64,000 nucleotides of DNA from Patescibacteria group bacterium (lineage in GTDB: Bacteria > Patescibacteriota > Microgenomatia > UBA8517): the NCBI GenBank assembly GCA_035692185.1, contig DASSIE010000023.1:8259-72258 (forward strand), written 5' to 3'. The notes under the pieces were generated by a model that saw nothing but the letters and a program-made list of their open reading frames with translations, did no database searches and had not been told where the DNA came from. Position 1 is the first letter of the stretch. Each line of letters starts with the position of its first letter. Made by a program: the position numbers and the translations under genes. This document shows, piece after piece, positions 1 through 9,466 of the stretch.

Positions 1-354
1 AATTAAGAAAAATAGAGAATTTAAATTAGCGCTTATAAGTAGGGCAGTTGCACCTAGGAAAAAAGCTTCTAGGACTGCAATGAAAATTGGTAAAGATCCG
101 GAGGCAATTGGTCGATCCTTTTTTCTTGGGTGTAATCTGTCGCGTTTTGCATCTAACAAATCATTAACTACATAAGTTGCTGATGAAGCAAAACAAAAGG
201 CAACAAATGCTTGAAAAGCGAGTCCAAACAATCCTTTTTCAAACATTATTCCAGATAAGAAAAGGGCAGCGAAAATAGAAACATTTTTAATCCAATGAAT
301 TGGCCTCGCGACTTTTATTATCGCTGTAATTAAATTATCCTTCGAGTTTTGCAT
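1..354 (-). CDS. UbiA-family prenyltransferase (decaprenyl-phosphate phosphoribosyltransferase-like), runs off window start
   Basis: Manual translation from ATG at 354: MQNSKDNLITAIIKVARPIHWIKN...SSATYVVNDLLDAKRDRLHPRKKDRPIASG; RPxxWxKN and NDxxDxxxDxxHPxKxxRPIASG motifs. Confidence 0.85.
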   Translation of the reverse strand, partial: MQNSKDNLITAIIKVARPIHWIKNVSIFAALFLSGIMFEKGLFGLAFQAFVAFCFASSATYVVNDLLDAKRDRLHPRKKDRPIASGSLPIFIAVLEAFFLGATALLISANLNSLFFLI

Positions 355-355
355 A

Positions 356-1441
356 TTAGAGATCTTGTTTTTGATTTGTATTTCTTTTGGTAAGGAATAA
401 AAATAATCCCGCCAAAAATACCGCTATACCTATCATTGTATAAACCTTTGCCCCAGTATTCAAATTTATTGCAAAGATTGCAAGTATTGCAGTAATTCCC
501 CAGTAGAAAATTGCAACTTGGCCTTTTGTGAAACCAGCATCTAGGAGCTTGTGGTGTAAATGATCCCTGTCTCCCCAAACCGGGGATTTACCTTTTAACA
601 TTCTTTTGATTACAACATAACCTGTGTCAATAAGTGGAATTCCTAGAACAACAAGTAATATTCCCACTTTGGCGGTTGCGAGTATTGATAATACTCCGAG
701 TAAGTATCCGGCAAGTGTACTACCACCATACCCCGGCATTATTTTTTGAGGGAATATATGCCATGGCAAAAAACCAAAATATGATCCAGCTGTAATTGCT
801 GCCAAAATTATGACGGGCCATTGCGCGGCGTCTGATGAATATTTTAAAGAAACAAAAGCAATAGTTAGAGCTGAAATTACCACAACTCCACTTAATTGAC
901 CGTCAACACCTTTGGCTCCCATGTTAATCATATTCATTAAAAAAGTTATCCAAAATATGGCAAATATGTCGGAAACAAGCCAAATACTATGTGGCGATCC
1001 AAACAAGAAAAAATTGATTTGTGGATGTGCTAAATCTATTATTCCACCGAATGGATTTGTAATAAACGAAATTCCAATTCCAAAAGCAACAGGAATAGAG
1101 GCAGCTAAAAGCCCCAACAATAGTCGCAAATATGGATTTAAGTTATATTTGTCGTCAATTAGACCCATTGCAACCAATACAATTGCTCCCAAAAAAATAC
1201 CTAAAATATGTTTATCAAATGGCAAGTAAAGGTAAGAAGCGATAGCAATTGCTATAAAAATTGCCAAACCACCTGCCCGGGGCACCGGATATGTATGAAT
1301 AACTTTTGGATGCTTATTTATTTTTGGGTCATCAACAATACCTAACTTGTTTGCAAATTTAATAACCAGAGGGGTTACTAAAAAAGCCGAAATTGCAGCA
1401 ACAATCCAGGGAAGCAAAAATATATAACGTATGTCACCCAT
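356..1441 (-). CDS. wecA: Undecaprenyl-phosphate alpha-GlcNAc-1-phosphate transferase (WecA/TagO, MraY family)
   Basis: Multi-TM protein; HxxPVPRAGG, GLIDD, GVDG, DRDHLHHKL motifs. Confidence 0.85.
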   Translation of the reverse strand: MGDIRYIFLLPWIVAAISAFLVTPLVIKFANKLGIVDDPKINKHPKVIHTYPVPRAGGLAIFIAIAIASYLYLPFDKHILGIFLGAIVLVAMGLIDDKYNLNPYLRLLLGLLAASIPVAFGIGISFITNPFGGIIDLAHPQINFFLFGSPHSIWLVSDIFAIFWITFLMNMINMGAKGVDGQLSGVVVISALTIAFVSLKYSSDAAQWPVIILAAITAGSYFGFLPWHIFPQKIMPGYGGSTLAGYLLGVLSILATAKVGILLVVLGIPLIDTGYVVIKRMLKGKSPVWGDRDHLHHKLLDAGFTKGQVAIFYWGITAILAIFAINLNTGAKVYTMIGIAVFLAGLFLFLTKRNTNQKQDL

Positions 1442-1456
1442 TTTATTTAATTTAAA

Positions 1457-1816
1457 TTAGAAAAAGCCTACAAGAAAGATTATTTTAAGTATTGTGATAG
1501 TTGTCAAAAGTGAAACTAAAAATGACGCGGCAATATAGACCTTTTTAGTAAATACATCTTGGCTTTTAAAACTCAAATATAAGTTAAGTAAAGTTATCAA
1601 AAAAGAAATACCCGGGGCAACAAGTAGCCCATAAACTGGAATAAGTTGATCGGGCCCAACTGCTCTACCATAAAAAAGAGGCACCGTTGGTGGAAGTAAA
1701 TTTTTAAAAATAAGTACAACAAACAATGTGCCAAAATTCATAAAAAAAGATAGGTAAACGTAACTTTTAAACGGGGCATCTTTGAGGCTTTGTGCTAGCT
1801 GTGTTTTTACCGACAT
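1457..1816 (-). CDS. Small membrane protein (DUF1648-like)
   Basis: 3 TM segments, LPPTVPLFY motif; start moved to ATG 1816 to avoid overlap with upstream gene. Confidence 0.6.
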   Translation of the reverse strand: MSVKTQLAQSLKDAPFKSYVYLSFFMNFGTLFVVLIFKNLLPPTVPLFYGRAVGPDQLIPVYGLLVAPGISFLITLLNLYLSFKSQDVFTKKVYIAASFLVSLLTTITILKIIFLVGFF

Positions 1817-1844
1817 AATATAGGGAGATTGTACACCTGTTGTA

Positions 1845-3347
1845 TTACCGAGCCAAATCAATTCGGGTGTAAATATCGGCATTTTCAATTTGATGCAATA
1901 ATACATAACGGCTATTTAAGAGAGATCTAATTTCAACAATAGAATTCCCCGAGGTGAGAATTATAAATTTTGGGGGATTTTGTTTAAGCAGACCAACTAG
2001 ATCTTTTTTGTTCGAGTAGTCGTTAACGTGGTATGGAATGGTCCATTTAACAGGGGGAAGCCTGTGAGATAGGGCATAGACTGTAGCCGAGTCTGGATCC
2101 CACATAAACACACGATCGGAGGACTTACTTGACTCGGTTAAAAACTCAGCAATCTTGTAGTTTCTGTTAACTGTGGACCCAAATTCTGTAAAATATTCTC
2201 CTTTTGTGGTTTTATGTATGGCAAAGTTAATAAATCTTTGGTAATAAGTAGCCGTTGGATAAAACCAAAATCTGTAATAAACAGGTACAAAAAAAGTTAA
2301 GGCTAGTGGAATAACAACCAAAGCTTGTTCAAAGTTTTTTTCTGTAAAGAACATTGCCAAAAGAAATGAAAGTGGGGCGACTGTTTGGATCAGGTAATGT
2401 GGATATGGTCTTTCGGACAGTGTTACTGCAAAAAGGGCAAACAAACTCCAAACACAAAACAAAATAAACTTTTTTGAGAGCTTATTTTTAAAGATAAACA
2501 GAACCCCTGATCCAAGAAGGACTATTAAACCGCGAATAAGGAGTGGAGCATTTTTTTCGATAAATGATTTTTGAACATCTCCCGGCCTAAAACTACTTAA
2601 ATAGCCTACGTTTTGCAAAAATGCCGCCTTAATGTATTCCGATAGTGCACCTTTAAAAAAGTACCAAACAAAGGTGAGAAGTATTGGTAATAAGAATCCC
2701 AAGCCTAAAATAACTGTATTTTTAAAAATTTCTTTCCACTCATTTTTAAGGTCACGGGTAATAATCCAATAAAAAACTATGACTGGTAAATCAAACAATG
2801 CTGGTATTTTAAAAAGTGCAGAAATACCAAAAAGCATGCCTGTTAAGAATATTTTCTTAGAGTTCAAATTCTTACTTAGGAGTATCAAAATAGCAAGAAT
2901 ACTTGGCGCGACCATAAATAGCTCTGAATTAACAATGTTTCCTTCCAAAAGAGGAATTGTTGTTAACATCGCAAAAATTGAAGTTGCTACTTGCTGAGTT
3001 TTTTCATTTTCAAATAATAGCTTTGAAAGTTTATAAAAAATGGCAACGGTAAACAAAATCCAAAAAGTTAATATTGCTTTAAACCAAAACAAGTTTCCAG
3101 CAATTGCTGCTGTTAAATAAAGTAGGGGAGGTTTATTGTCATATATATCTTTATAAAGCGTTAAACCCTGCCTTACCCCTTGGCCGAGTGTCACATAAAT
3201 CATTTCATCTCCATAATAATAGGGTTCAAAAAACGAAGGGATGCGGAGGATAAGAACCAAGGCCAAAAGTCCTAGAACCCAAGCAGGAAAATCCGGAAGG
3301 TGAAGAATATCACCAACTCTGTGGAGTTTCTGCCAAATGTTTTTCAT
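1845..3347 (-). CDS. GT-C fold membrane glycosyltransferase (ArnT/PMT_2-like)
   Basis: Multi-TM, YGDEMIY...LYKDIYDNKPPL N-terminal loop, YPHY motif. Confidence 0.75.
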   Translation of the reverse strand: MKNIWQKLHRVGDILHLPDFPAWVLGLLALVLILRIPSFFEPYYYGDEMIYVTLGQGVRQGLTLYKDIYDNKPPLLYLTAAIAGNLFWFKAILTFWILFTVAIFYKLSKLLFENEKTQQVATSIFAMLTTIPLLEGNIVNSELFMVAPSILAILILLSKNLNSKKIFLTGMLFGISALFKIPALFDLPVIVFYWIITRDLKNEWKEIFKNTVILGLGFLLPILLTFVWYFFKGALSEYIKAAFLQNVGYLSSFRPGDVQKSFIEKNAPLLIRGLIVLLGSGVLFIFKNKLSKKFILFCVWSLFALFAVTLSERPYPHYLIQTVAPLSFLLAMFFTEKNFEQALVVIPLALTFFVPVYYRFWFYPTATYYQRFINFAIHKTTKGEYFTEFGSTVNRNYKIAEFLTESSKSSDRVFMWDPDSATVYALSHRLPPVKWTIPYHVNDYSNKKDLVGLLKQNPPKFIILTSGNSIVEIRSLLNSRYVLLHQIENADIYTRIDLAR

Positions 3348-3392
3348 CTCAAATTAAGTATACTATATTGATAAACAAAAACTCTAACTCGA

Positions 3393-4133
3393 ATGTTGGC
3401 TTCAATAATTATAATTACAAAAAACCAAAAAGACCTACTTCAAAGATCTCTACCTATTCTTTTGAAGCAAGAATTGAAAGGTGAATATGAAATTATAATT
3501 GTTGATTCTGGTTCAACCGATGGAGCCGTTGAATACATAAAGTCCTTGCCAGTCAAATTAATACAAATCTTGCCTGAAGATTTTAGGTTTGCAAATGCTT
3601 TTAATACAGGAGCCAAGTTTGCAAATGGTGAATTTTTAGTTCGTCTTTCTGGAGACGTTGTTCCAAGGGATAAAAAGTTTCTATCCGAAATAATAAAACC
3701 TTTCAAAGATAAAAAAGTCGGAGGAACGTACGGGAGATATATTCAAACTGGTAAAAAAGGTTATTCACACCCCAATTTTTGGCCACCGGAAAGGTTTTCT
3801 GACAAGATTGTTCGTTTTAGAGTAAAACCCAATTTACTAAAAATTATTTTTAACATAGACCATTTGACATCTTTAACAAATTTTGCTGGAGCTTGTTGTG
3901 CTATCAGAAAAAGTATTTGGATGACCCGCCATTTTAACGAAAATATATTAGGGGGTGAGGATGCTGAATATGCAATTTATTTACATATGAAAGGTTTCGA
4001 TATCATATACAACCCCAATGCAGAAGTTATACACGAACATAAAATAGAAAATTTAAATGCTGGTTTTTGGAAGGAGTTATCCTGGAGAATCGTTTTTTCT
4101 ATAGAAATTTTTAAACTTTTTCTAAAGTCGTAG
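3393..4133 (+). CDS. Glycosyltransferase family 2 (rhamnosyltransferase-like)
   Basis: IIIVDSGSTDG, NTGA, GED motifs. Confidence 0.85.
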   Translation: MLASIIIITKNQKDLLQRSLPILLKQELKGEYEIIIVDSGSTDGAVEYIKSLPVKLIQILPEDFRFANAFNTGAKFANGEFLVRLSGDVVPRDKKFLSEIIKPFKDKKVGGTYGRYIQTGKKGYSHPNFWPPERFSDKIVRFRVKPNLLKIIFNIDHLTSLTNFAGACCAIRKSIWMTRHFNENILGGEDAEYAIYLHMKGFDIIYNPNAEVIHEHKIENLNAGFWKELSWRIVFSIEIFKLFLKS

Positions 4134-4136
4134 CGT

Positions 4137-5630
4137 TTACACTTTCTCCGTAACCTTATACTCAATATACTTTCCAAGCATTAAGCGTGTGTGCGCATCC
4201 AGGCCGGGGAGGGCCGAAAAGAAAAATCCAGCAATAGGCATTAAAATAAATTCAAAAGGGGTTAAAATCGCTCTCCACAAAGGGAACGACTCTGGCCTTT
4301 TTGGTTTATGGATATTATCAATCACAATCATGACAACTAAAAATACTAATGATATGGTTAAGATAAATGAGGAAAGTTTAGGAACTGTGTAGCCTAAGGC
4401 AGTTCTGCCAAATGCAGGATTTAAAAATGTTGGGATGGTAAGCCCGATTGTAATTAAAAACCAATTAACTGGCCACAAAAAATGGGACCAAATAACACGA
4501 AACAAACGAGTAGTTTTATCCCAAAAAGGAACATCACGAGCTAGGAAATAACTTTTAATTATCCAAGGATCGTCAGATACACCCCAAGCCCATCTTTGAA
4601 TTTGTTGATATTGATTTTGTAAGGTTTTCCAAAAAGACGGCGACTGAGCAGCATCAGCCAATAGTGGGAGATAAATGGGTTCGACTTCAATTCCACCACC
4701 GACTTTGTAAAACGCTTTAAAAAATATTCCCCAATCCTCAGGAATTTTATCTGGATCCCAGTAATCAACTTGGTGCAATAATTTAAAAGACAAAGAATAA
4801 TTTTGGGCGTTAATAAGTCGATCTCGGCGGGGGAGCTGGGAAAGGTTCCAAATGGTCATAAAAGTATTTAAGACCCGGGTTATGGCTGGAATTTCCCAAA
4901 TATTGTTGTAAAACATAACAGCCGGTTGCCAGAACATTTTGTACCTGTTTGGATTGTCTAAAAATTTGAAAGCCAGGTTTGCAAAGTGTTTTGGATGATA
5001 TTTATGGTCTGCATCACAAGATGTAACTGTAAAGTAATCTAAATTTAATTTGTTTTTTGAGATGTAATTTTTCTCTACCCAAATTGCGGCAAACCTCTCA
5101 TTAGATGCTTTCCCAGCCACCTCACCAACTTTTAATTCATGGACTGTCATGTAAAATTTTTCGAATAAATTGCCGTATTTTTCTTTTAAATATTTAAATT
5201 TAGAGTTTCTGTCCTCATCTGGTTCTTTAAACTCCATAGCAAGTACCGGAATAATTTGTTTTGTAGGAAAATCTTGGTCTGCAATAGACTTGATCGTTCG
5301 CTCCAGAATATGGATAGGCTCTTTATATGTTGGAATAATTACAACATGTATTAATTTTTCCCAGTCAGGAAAACCCTTAACGTCAGCCATCCAGTTATAA
5401 ACTTTTGCAGCTTGAATGCGGGTGTGGGAAATTATTGAACTTATTGCAATTTGAAAGGATTGATAAAACCAATAAATATTAAAGAAAAGTATAAAGTAGG
5501 CAACTACCACTGGAATTACAAATATTCCCCAGTAGGGGAATAGAATTAAGTTCCAAGAAACAAACCCTGGCAAAATCTCAAGAGCCCGGAGGATACCTTT
5601 GTCGTGTTTGATAATAAAAGCTCTAAACAT
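4137..5630 (-). CDS. Membrane-embedded processive-type GT2 glycosyltransferase
   Basis: IIPTYKE, GKASN, DAD, IPED, QxxRWAWG motifs; N- and C-terminal TM segments. Confidence 0.8.
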   Translation of the reverse strand: MFRAFIIKHDKGILRALEILPGFVSWNLILFPYWGIFVIPVVVAYFILFFNIYWFYQSFQIAISSIISHTRIQAAKVYNWMADVKGFPDWEKLIHVVIIPTYKEPIHILERTIKSIADQDFPTKQIIPVLAMEFKEPDEDRNSKFKYLKEKYGNLFEKFYMTVHELKVGEVAGKASNERFAAIWVEKNYISKNKLNLDYFTVTSCDADHKYHPKHFANLAFKFLDNPNRYKMFWQPAVMFYNNIWEIPAITRVLNTFMTIWNLSQLPRRDRLINAQNYSLSFKLLHQVDYWDPDKIPEDWGIFFKAFYKVGGGIEVEPIYLPLLADAAQSPSFWKTLQNQYQQIQRWAWGVSDDPWIIKSYFLARDVPFWDKTTRLFRVIWSHFLWPVNWFLITIGLTIPTFLNPAFGRTALGYTVPKLSSFILTISLVFLVVMIVIDNIHKPKRPESFPLWRAILTPFEFILMPIAGFFFSALPGLDAHTRLMLGKYIEYKVTEKV

Positions 5631-5634
5631 GGCG

Positions 5635-7077
5635 TTATTTTACTAACCGAGGAAAAAGTGGCTCGGCTGATTTTATTTTTGGTCCTTTAAATTGGTCATC
5701 AATTTTCTGAGCTGTCTCGGGGATAAAAGGATAGAGATTTAATGAAATGGCGCGAATTGTATCAACTGCTTTTTTAAGAAAGTCGTTTAACTCATCGCCC
5801 GTTAGTTTCCAGGGTTCGATTTTATTTATATCTTGATCCAGTTTTGTTATGTAACTCTCAAAAATATATCTAGTAGCTTCATCGAATCTATATATATCTA
5901 AAAACTTCGTAACATTCTCGTCCAATTTCCACTCTGTTCCTGGAATGACAGGAAATTCAAAACCTGAATTCTCACAGAGTTTAGCTACTCGGGAGACCAG
6001 ATTTCCCAGCCCGTTGGCAAGATCGCCGTTATAAACATCTTTTAATTTTTCTTCAGAAAAGTCACCGTCTGTGAATGGAGAAAACTTAGCAAGTAAGTAA
6101 TAACGCAATCCATCTACTCCATATTTTTCTATCATCTCAACCGGATCGATAACGTTTCCTAATGTTTTACTCATCTTTTGACCGTTAACAGTGAAATAAC
6201 CATGAACAAACAAGGCCTTTGGAAGTTTAAGCCCTGCAGACAAAAGAAAAGAAGGCCAGTAAATTGCATGGAAACGACTAATTCCTTTTCCAATTACATG
6301 TAAGTCTGCTGGCCACCATTTATTGTATTTTTCGTCGTCCCAGCCAAAACCAATTCCTGATTGATAAATGTTTAAAGCATCAAACCAAACATACATTCTT
6401 TGCTTGTCGTCTCCGGGAACCGGGACGCCCCAGTTTTTAGCACGCTCATTACTTCTACTGATACTGATATCTTGAAGTGGTTCTTTTAAGAAAGATAGCA
6501 TTTCATTCTTTCTCTCTTCGGGGCTGATTTTTAGTTTGTCTGATTTAATTAACTCGATCAGTTGTTTTTGATACTTTGAAAGTTTGAAGAAATAATTTTC
6601 CTCGGAAACATTTTCCAGTTTTTTACCTGGGTGTTCAAAACATTCTCCGTTCTCGTTTAGTTCGGAAGGAAGGTAGAACTGCTCACAACCTACACAGTAA
6701 AGTCCTTCATAGGTTTTTTTGTAGATATCACCGGCTTTATCGCAAAGTTCCCAAAGTTTTTGAGAGGAAGGAAAATGAGTTTTTTGATCACTCCCTTTTT
6801 GCCAAACTGTAAAATCACAATTCAGTTTTTTTGTTAGTTCCAGAAAAAGATTATTGTTTTTATCTACAAATCTTTGGACATCGTCCCCTGCCTTTTCTGC
6901 CGCCTGGACATTTTTAAGTGCATTTTCGTCTCCACCCGATAAAGAAAGTACGTCTTCGCCTAACAGTTTGTGATACCTGGCAATTGCATCAGTCTGCACA
7001 AGCTCAAGTGCGTGGCCAATATGAGGAGCTGCGTTAACGTAAGGAATAGCCGCGGTTATGTAATATTTCTTGGTCAT
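5635..7077 (-). CDS. metG: Methionyl-tRNA synthetase (short form)
   Basis: PYVNAAPHIGH, YVWFDAL, KMSKT motifs. Confidence 0.95.
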   Translation of the reverse strand: MTKKYYITAAIPYVNAAPHIGHALELVQTDAIARYHKLLGEDVLSLSGGDENALKNVQAAEKAGDDVQRFVDKNNNLFLELTKKLNCDFTVWQKGSDQKTHFPSSQKLWELCDKAGDIYKKTYEGLYCVGCEQFYLPSELNENGECFEHPGKKLENVSEENYFFKLSKYQKQLIELIKSDKLKISPEERKNEMLSFLKEPLQDISISRSNERAKNWGVPVPGDDKQRMYVWFDALNIYQSGIGFGWDDEKYNKWWPADLHVIGKGISRFHAIYWPSFLLSAGLKLPKALFVHGYFTVNGQKMSKTLGNVIDPVEMIEKYGVDGLRYYLLAKFSPFTDGDFSEEKLKDVYNGDLANGLGNLVSRVAKLCENSGFEFPVIPGTEWKLDENVTKFLDIYRFDEATRYIFESYITKLDQDINKIEPWKLTGDELNDFLKKAVDTIRAISLNLYPFIPETAQKIDDQFKGPKIKSAEPLFPRLVK

Positions 7078-7116
7078 ATGTCATATTGTACAACCTGGAG
7101 TAGGTTTGAAGCTAGT

Positions 7117-7344
7117 TTATTTTTTGTAGACGATAACTTTTTTGCCAGGCTTTGCGTTTGGGTCAAGATTGTCAGGGGTGACAGTTTCACCTTTTACGAC
7201 TACTGTTTTACCATCTTCATTTAACTTTCCAATACGAATATATTTTCCCAAGATAGAATAATCTAAGAAAGCAAAAACTACATTCCCTAAAGTTAATTCA
7301 TCTGCATTTGTAATGTATCTAAATCGATCTTGTGACATGGTCAT
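7117..7344 (-). CDS. Hypothetical protein
   Basis: 75-aa ORF overlapping the upstream stop by 4 nt; no recognised motif. Confidence 0.5.
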   Translation of the reverse strand: MTMSQDRFRYITNADELTLGNVVFAFLDYSILGKYIRIGKLNEDGKTVVVKGETVTPDNLDPNAKPGKKVIVYKK

Positions 7345-7676
7345 ATTTTAGCACTAATTTTCTTAATTTTCTCACTCCATACGTTTGCCCATTCTTCTGC
7401 CTCCATTTTCTTCAAAGCTAATTTAAACCCATCTTTATTCATTAGTTTTTTTACTTCCAAAATCTCTTTTGAGGTTGCACCCAAGTTTCTTTTGATATTT
7501 TCTTCGTCCCTTCCTTTTTTAATCCAGTAACCAATAGAAATTCGTTTAATATATTTTTCTAGTTCATCTTCAGAAAAAAAGTCTGACAGAAATAATTCAA
7601 TTTCTTGTTTGTTTTTAAGGTCTTCTATCATCTGAACAAAAGTTTGGAGAAGTTGGCGTTTAAGTGAGGGATTCAT
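7341..7676 (-). CDS. TrpR/YerC-like helix-turn-helix protein
   Basis: EIELFLSDFFSEDELEKYIKRISI...IKRNLGAT pattern resembles Trp repressor family. Confidence 0.6.
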   Translation of the reverse strand: MNPSLKRQLLQTFVQMIEDLKNKQEIELFLSDFFSEDELEKYIKRISIGYWIKKGRDEENIKRNLGATSKEILEVKKLMNKDGFKLALKKMEAEEWANVWSEKIKKISAKI

Positions 7677-7679
7677 GGA

Positions 7680-8015
7680 TTATGTACGGCTGAAATATAC
7701 TTCAACACAGATTGCTATTGCAAGAATCAAAAATATATTAAGAATATTGCCAACCCCTAAGTACAAAAGAACAGAGAAAAGAGTTAGAGACAGAGAAGTA
7801 ATAAGTCCACGGCGGGTGCTGGCAAATAAAAGTGAAAACATAAACAAGAAGCTAGCAAATAATAAAACAAAAAATAAAGGTAGTGCCCCAAAAGTGCTTG
7901 GATCAACAAAATAAATAAGTAAACCTAGAAGACTCCATAAAAATATTGTTATTAGTAAGGTCGGTAAAAAGTTTTTTCTTTTAAGTTGTTGCTCTTTTCG
8001 TATATTGCTTCGCAT
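7680..8015 (-). CDS. Small 4-TM membrane protein
   Basis: Hydrophobic segments, co-oriented in operon. Confidence 0.65.
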   Translation of the reverse strand: MRSNIRKEQQLKRKNFLPTLLITIFLWSLLGLLIYFVDPSTFGALPLFFVLLFASFLFMFSLLFASTRRGLITSLSLTLFSVLLYLGVGNILNIFLILAIAICVEVYFSRT

Positions 8016-8031
8016 GATTTATAATTAAACA

Positions 8032-8955
8032 ATGGAACTAACTTTGTTAATTATAGTATTAATTGCTCTTGTTGTACTTATCTACGTAACTGTTAATAAA
8101 AAACCAAGCGACGAGATTGTTGAGTGGTTAAAATCAACCTCTACAAGAATCGAAGGCCAAAACAACTCTTTTAACGAGCGCTTAGATAACGCTGCACGCG
8201 TAATTTCCCAAGTTCAAAAAAATATAGGTGAATTTTCTGAAATTGGCCGAGGAATACGCGACCTGCAAGAATTTTTAAACTCGCCAAAATTAAGAGGAAA
8301 CATGGGGGAGCAAGTACTTAAAGAACTTCTTAAACAATTTTTACCACATGGATCGTTTGAACTTCAGTATGTTTTTAAAAGTGGAGAAAAAGTAGATGCG
8401 GCCATAAAAACTAGCGGTGGAATAATTCCAATTGATTCGAAGTTTCCACTCGAAAACTTTAGGAAGATGGCAGGGGACGATGATGTTATAAAAAAAGTTG
8501 CAGCCAAAGATTTTTTTAGCGATGTTAAAAAACATGTTGATGATATAAGTCGCAAATATATTTTGGTTGATGAGGGAACGGTGGATTACGCTTTAATGTA
8601 TATTCCTTCAGAATCTATTTATTACGAAATTGTAAATAATTCGGATCTGTTTGATTATGCTACTCAAAAACGTGTTTTATATGTTTCTCCAAGCACATTT
8701 TACGCTTACATGAAGGCAATTTTAATGAGTTTTGAAGGACAAAAAATAGAAGCACAAGCCAAGCAGATTCTATCCTCGCTTCGCTCGATCCAGAATGACT
8801 ATCAAAAAGTTGAAAATAATTTGTCGGTAATGCAAAAACATTTAACAAACGCTTACAACATGATGGGGAATGTCTTTTCATCATTTAATACCTTGGGGCA
8901 AAAGATTACTTTTACACAAAGATTGGGAAGTGGTGTAAAAGAAAAAGATGGATAA
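8032..8955 (+). CDS. rmuC: DNA recombination protein RmuC
   Basis: N-terminal TM, coiled coil, RGNMGEQVL, PIDSKFP, DYALMYIPSE motifs. Confidence 0.9.
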   Translation: MELTLLIIVLIALVVLIYVTVNKKPSDEIVEWLKSTSTRIEGQNNSFNERLDNAARVISQVQKNIGEFSEIGRGIRDLQEFLNSPKLRGNMGEQVLKELLKQFLPHGSFELQYVFKSGEKVDAAIKTSGGIIPIDSKFPLENFRKMAGDDDVIKKVAAKDFFSDVKKHVDDISRKYILVDEGTVDYALMYIPSESIYYEIVNNSDLFDYATQKRVLYVSPSTFYAYMKAILMSFEGQKIEAQAKQILSSLRSIQNDYQKVENNLSVMQKHLTNAYNMMGNVFSSFNTLGQKITFTQRLGSGVKEKDG

Positions 8956-9454
8956 CTTTTTAGACTTAGCCATAAAAGAAGCAGAAAAATCTTTTGAAAA
9001 TGGAGACTACCCAGTTGGGGCTGTTTTGGTAATTGATAACAAACTGGTTGCAGTTAAAAACAACTCAGGCGAGTCAACTAAAAACTATTCAAATCACGCA
9101 GAAACTCAGTTAATTCTAGACAATGCCAAAGACTTGCTTGTAGCTTGGAAACAAAATAAGGAAATAATTCTTTATTCAACTTTAGAACCATGCTTAATGT
9201 GTTTGGGTGTGGCTACTATGAATAAGATTTCAAAAATTTTTTATATTCAAAAAGATCCTCACGCCGGAGCGTGTGGAATTGATGTCAAGAGTTTAGGAGT
9301 CAGGTATCAAGAAAGTTTTCCGAAAATTGAATATGTTAACTATTCCCAAAGGCCAAAAGAATTAATCATGGAATTTTTGAGCAATCAAATCGAAAAAGGC
9401 GTAAGAGTTGAGTGGAGTAAAAAGTTTTTAGAATTGTTAGAAAATAAATCATGA
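8948..9454 (+). CDS. Zn-dependent nucleoside/tRNA deaminase (TadA-like)
   Basis: PVGAVLV, HAE, STLEPCLMC motifs. Confidence 0.8.
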   Translation: MDNFLDLAIKEAEKSFENGDYPVGAVLVIDNKLVAVKNNSGESTKNYSNHAETQLILDNAKDLLVAWKQNKEIILYSTLEPCLMCLGVATMNKISKIFYIQKDPHAGACGIDVKSLGVRYQESFPKIEYVNYSQRPKELIMEFLSNQIEKGVRVEWSKKFLELLENKS

Positions 9455-9466
9455 TACAATCTGCTT

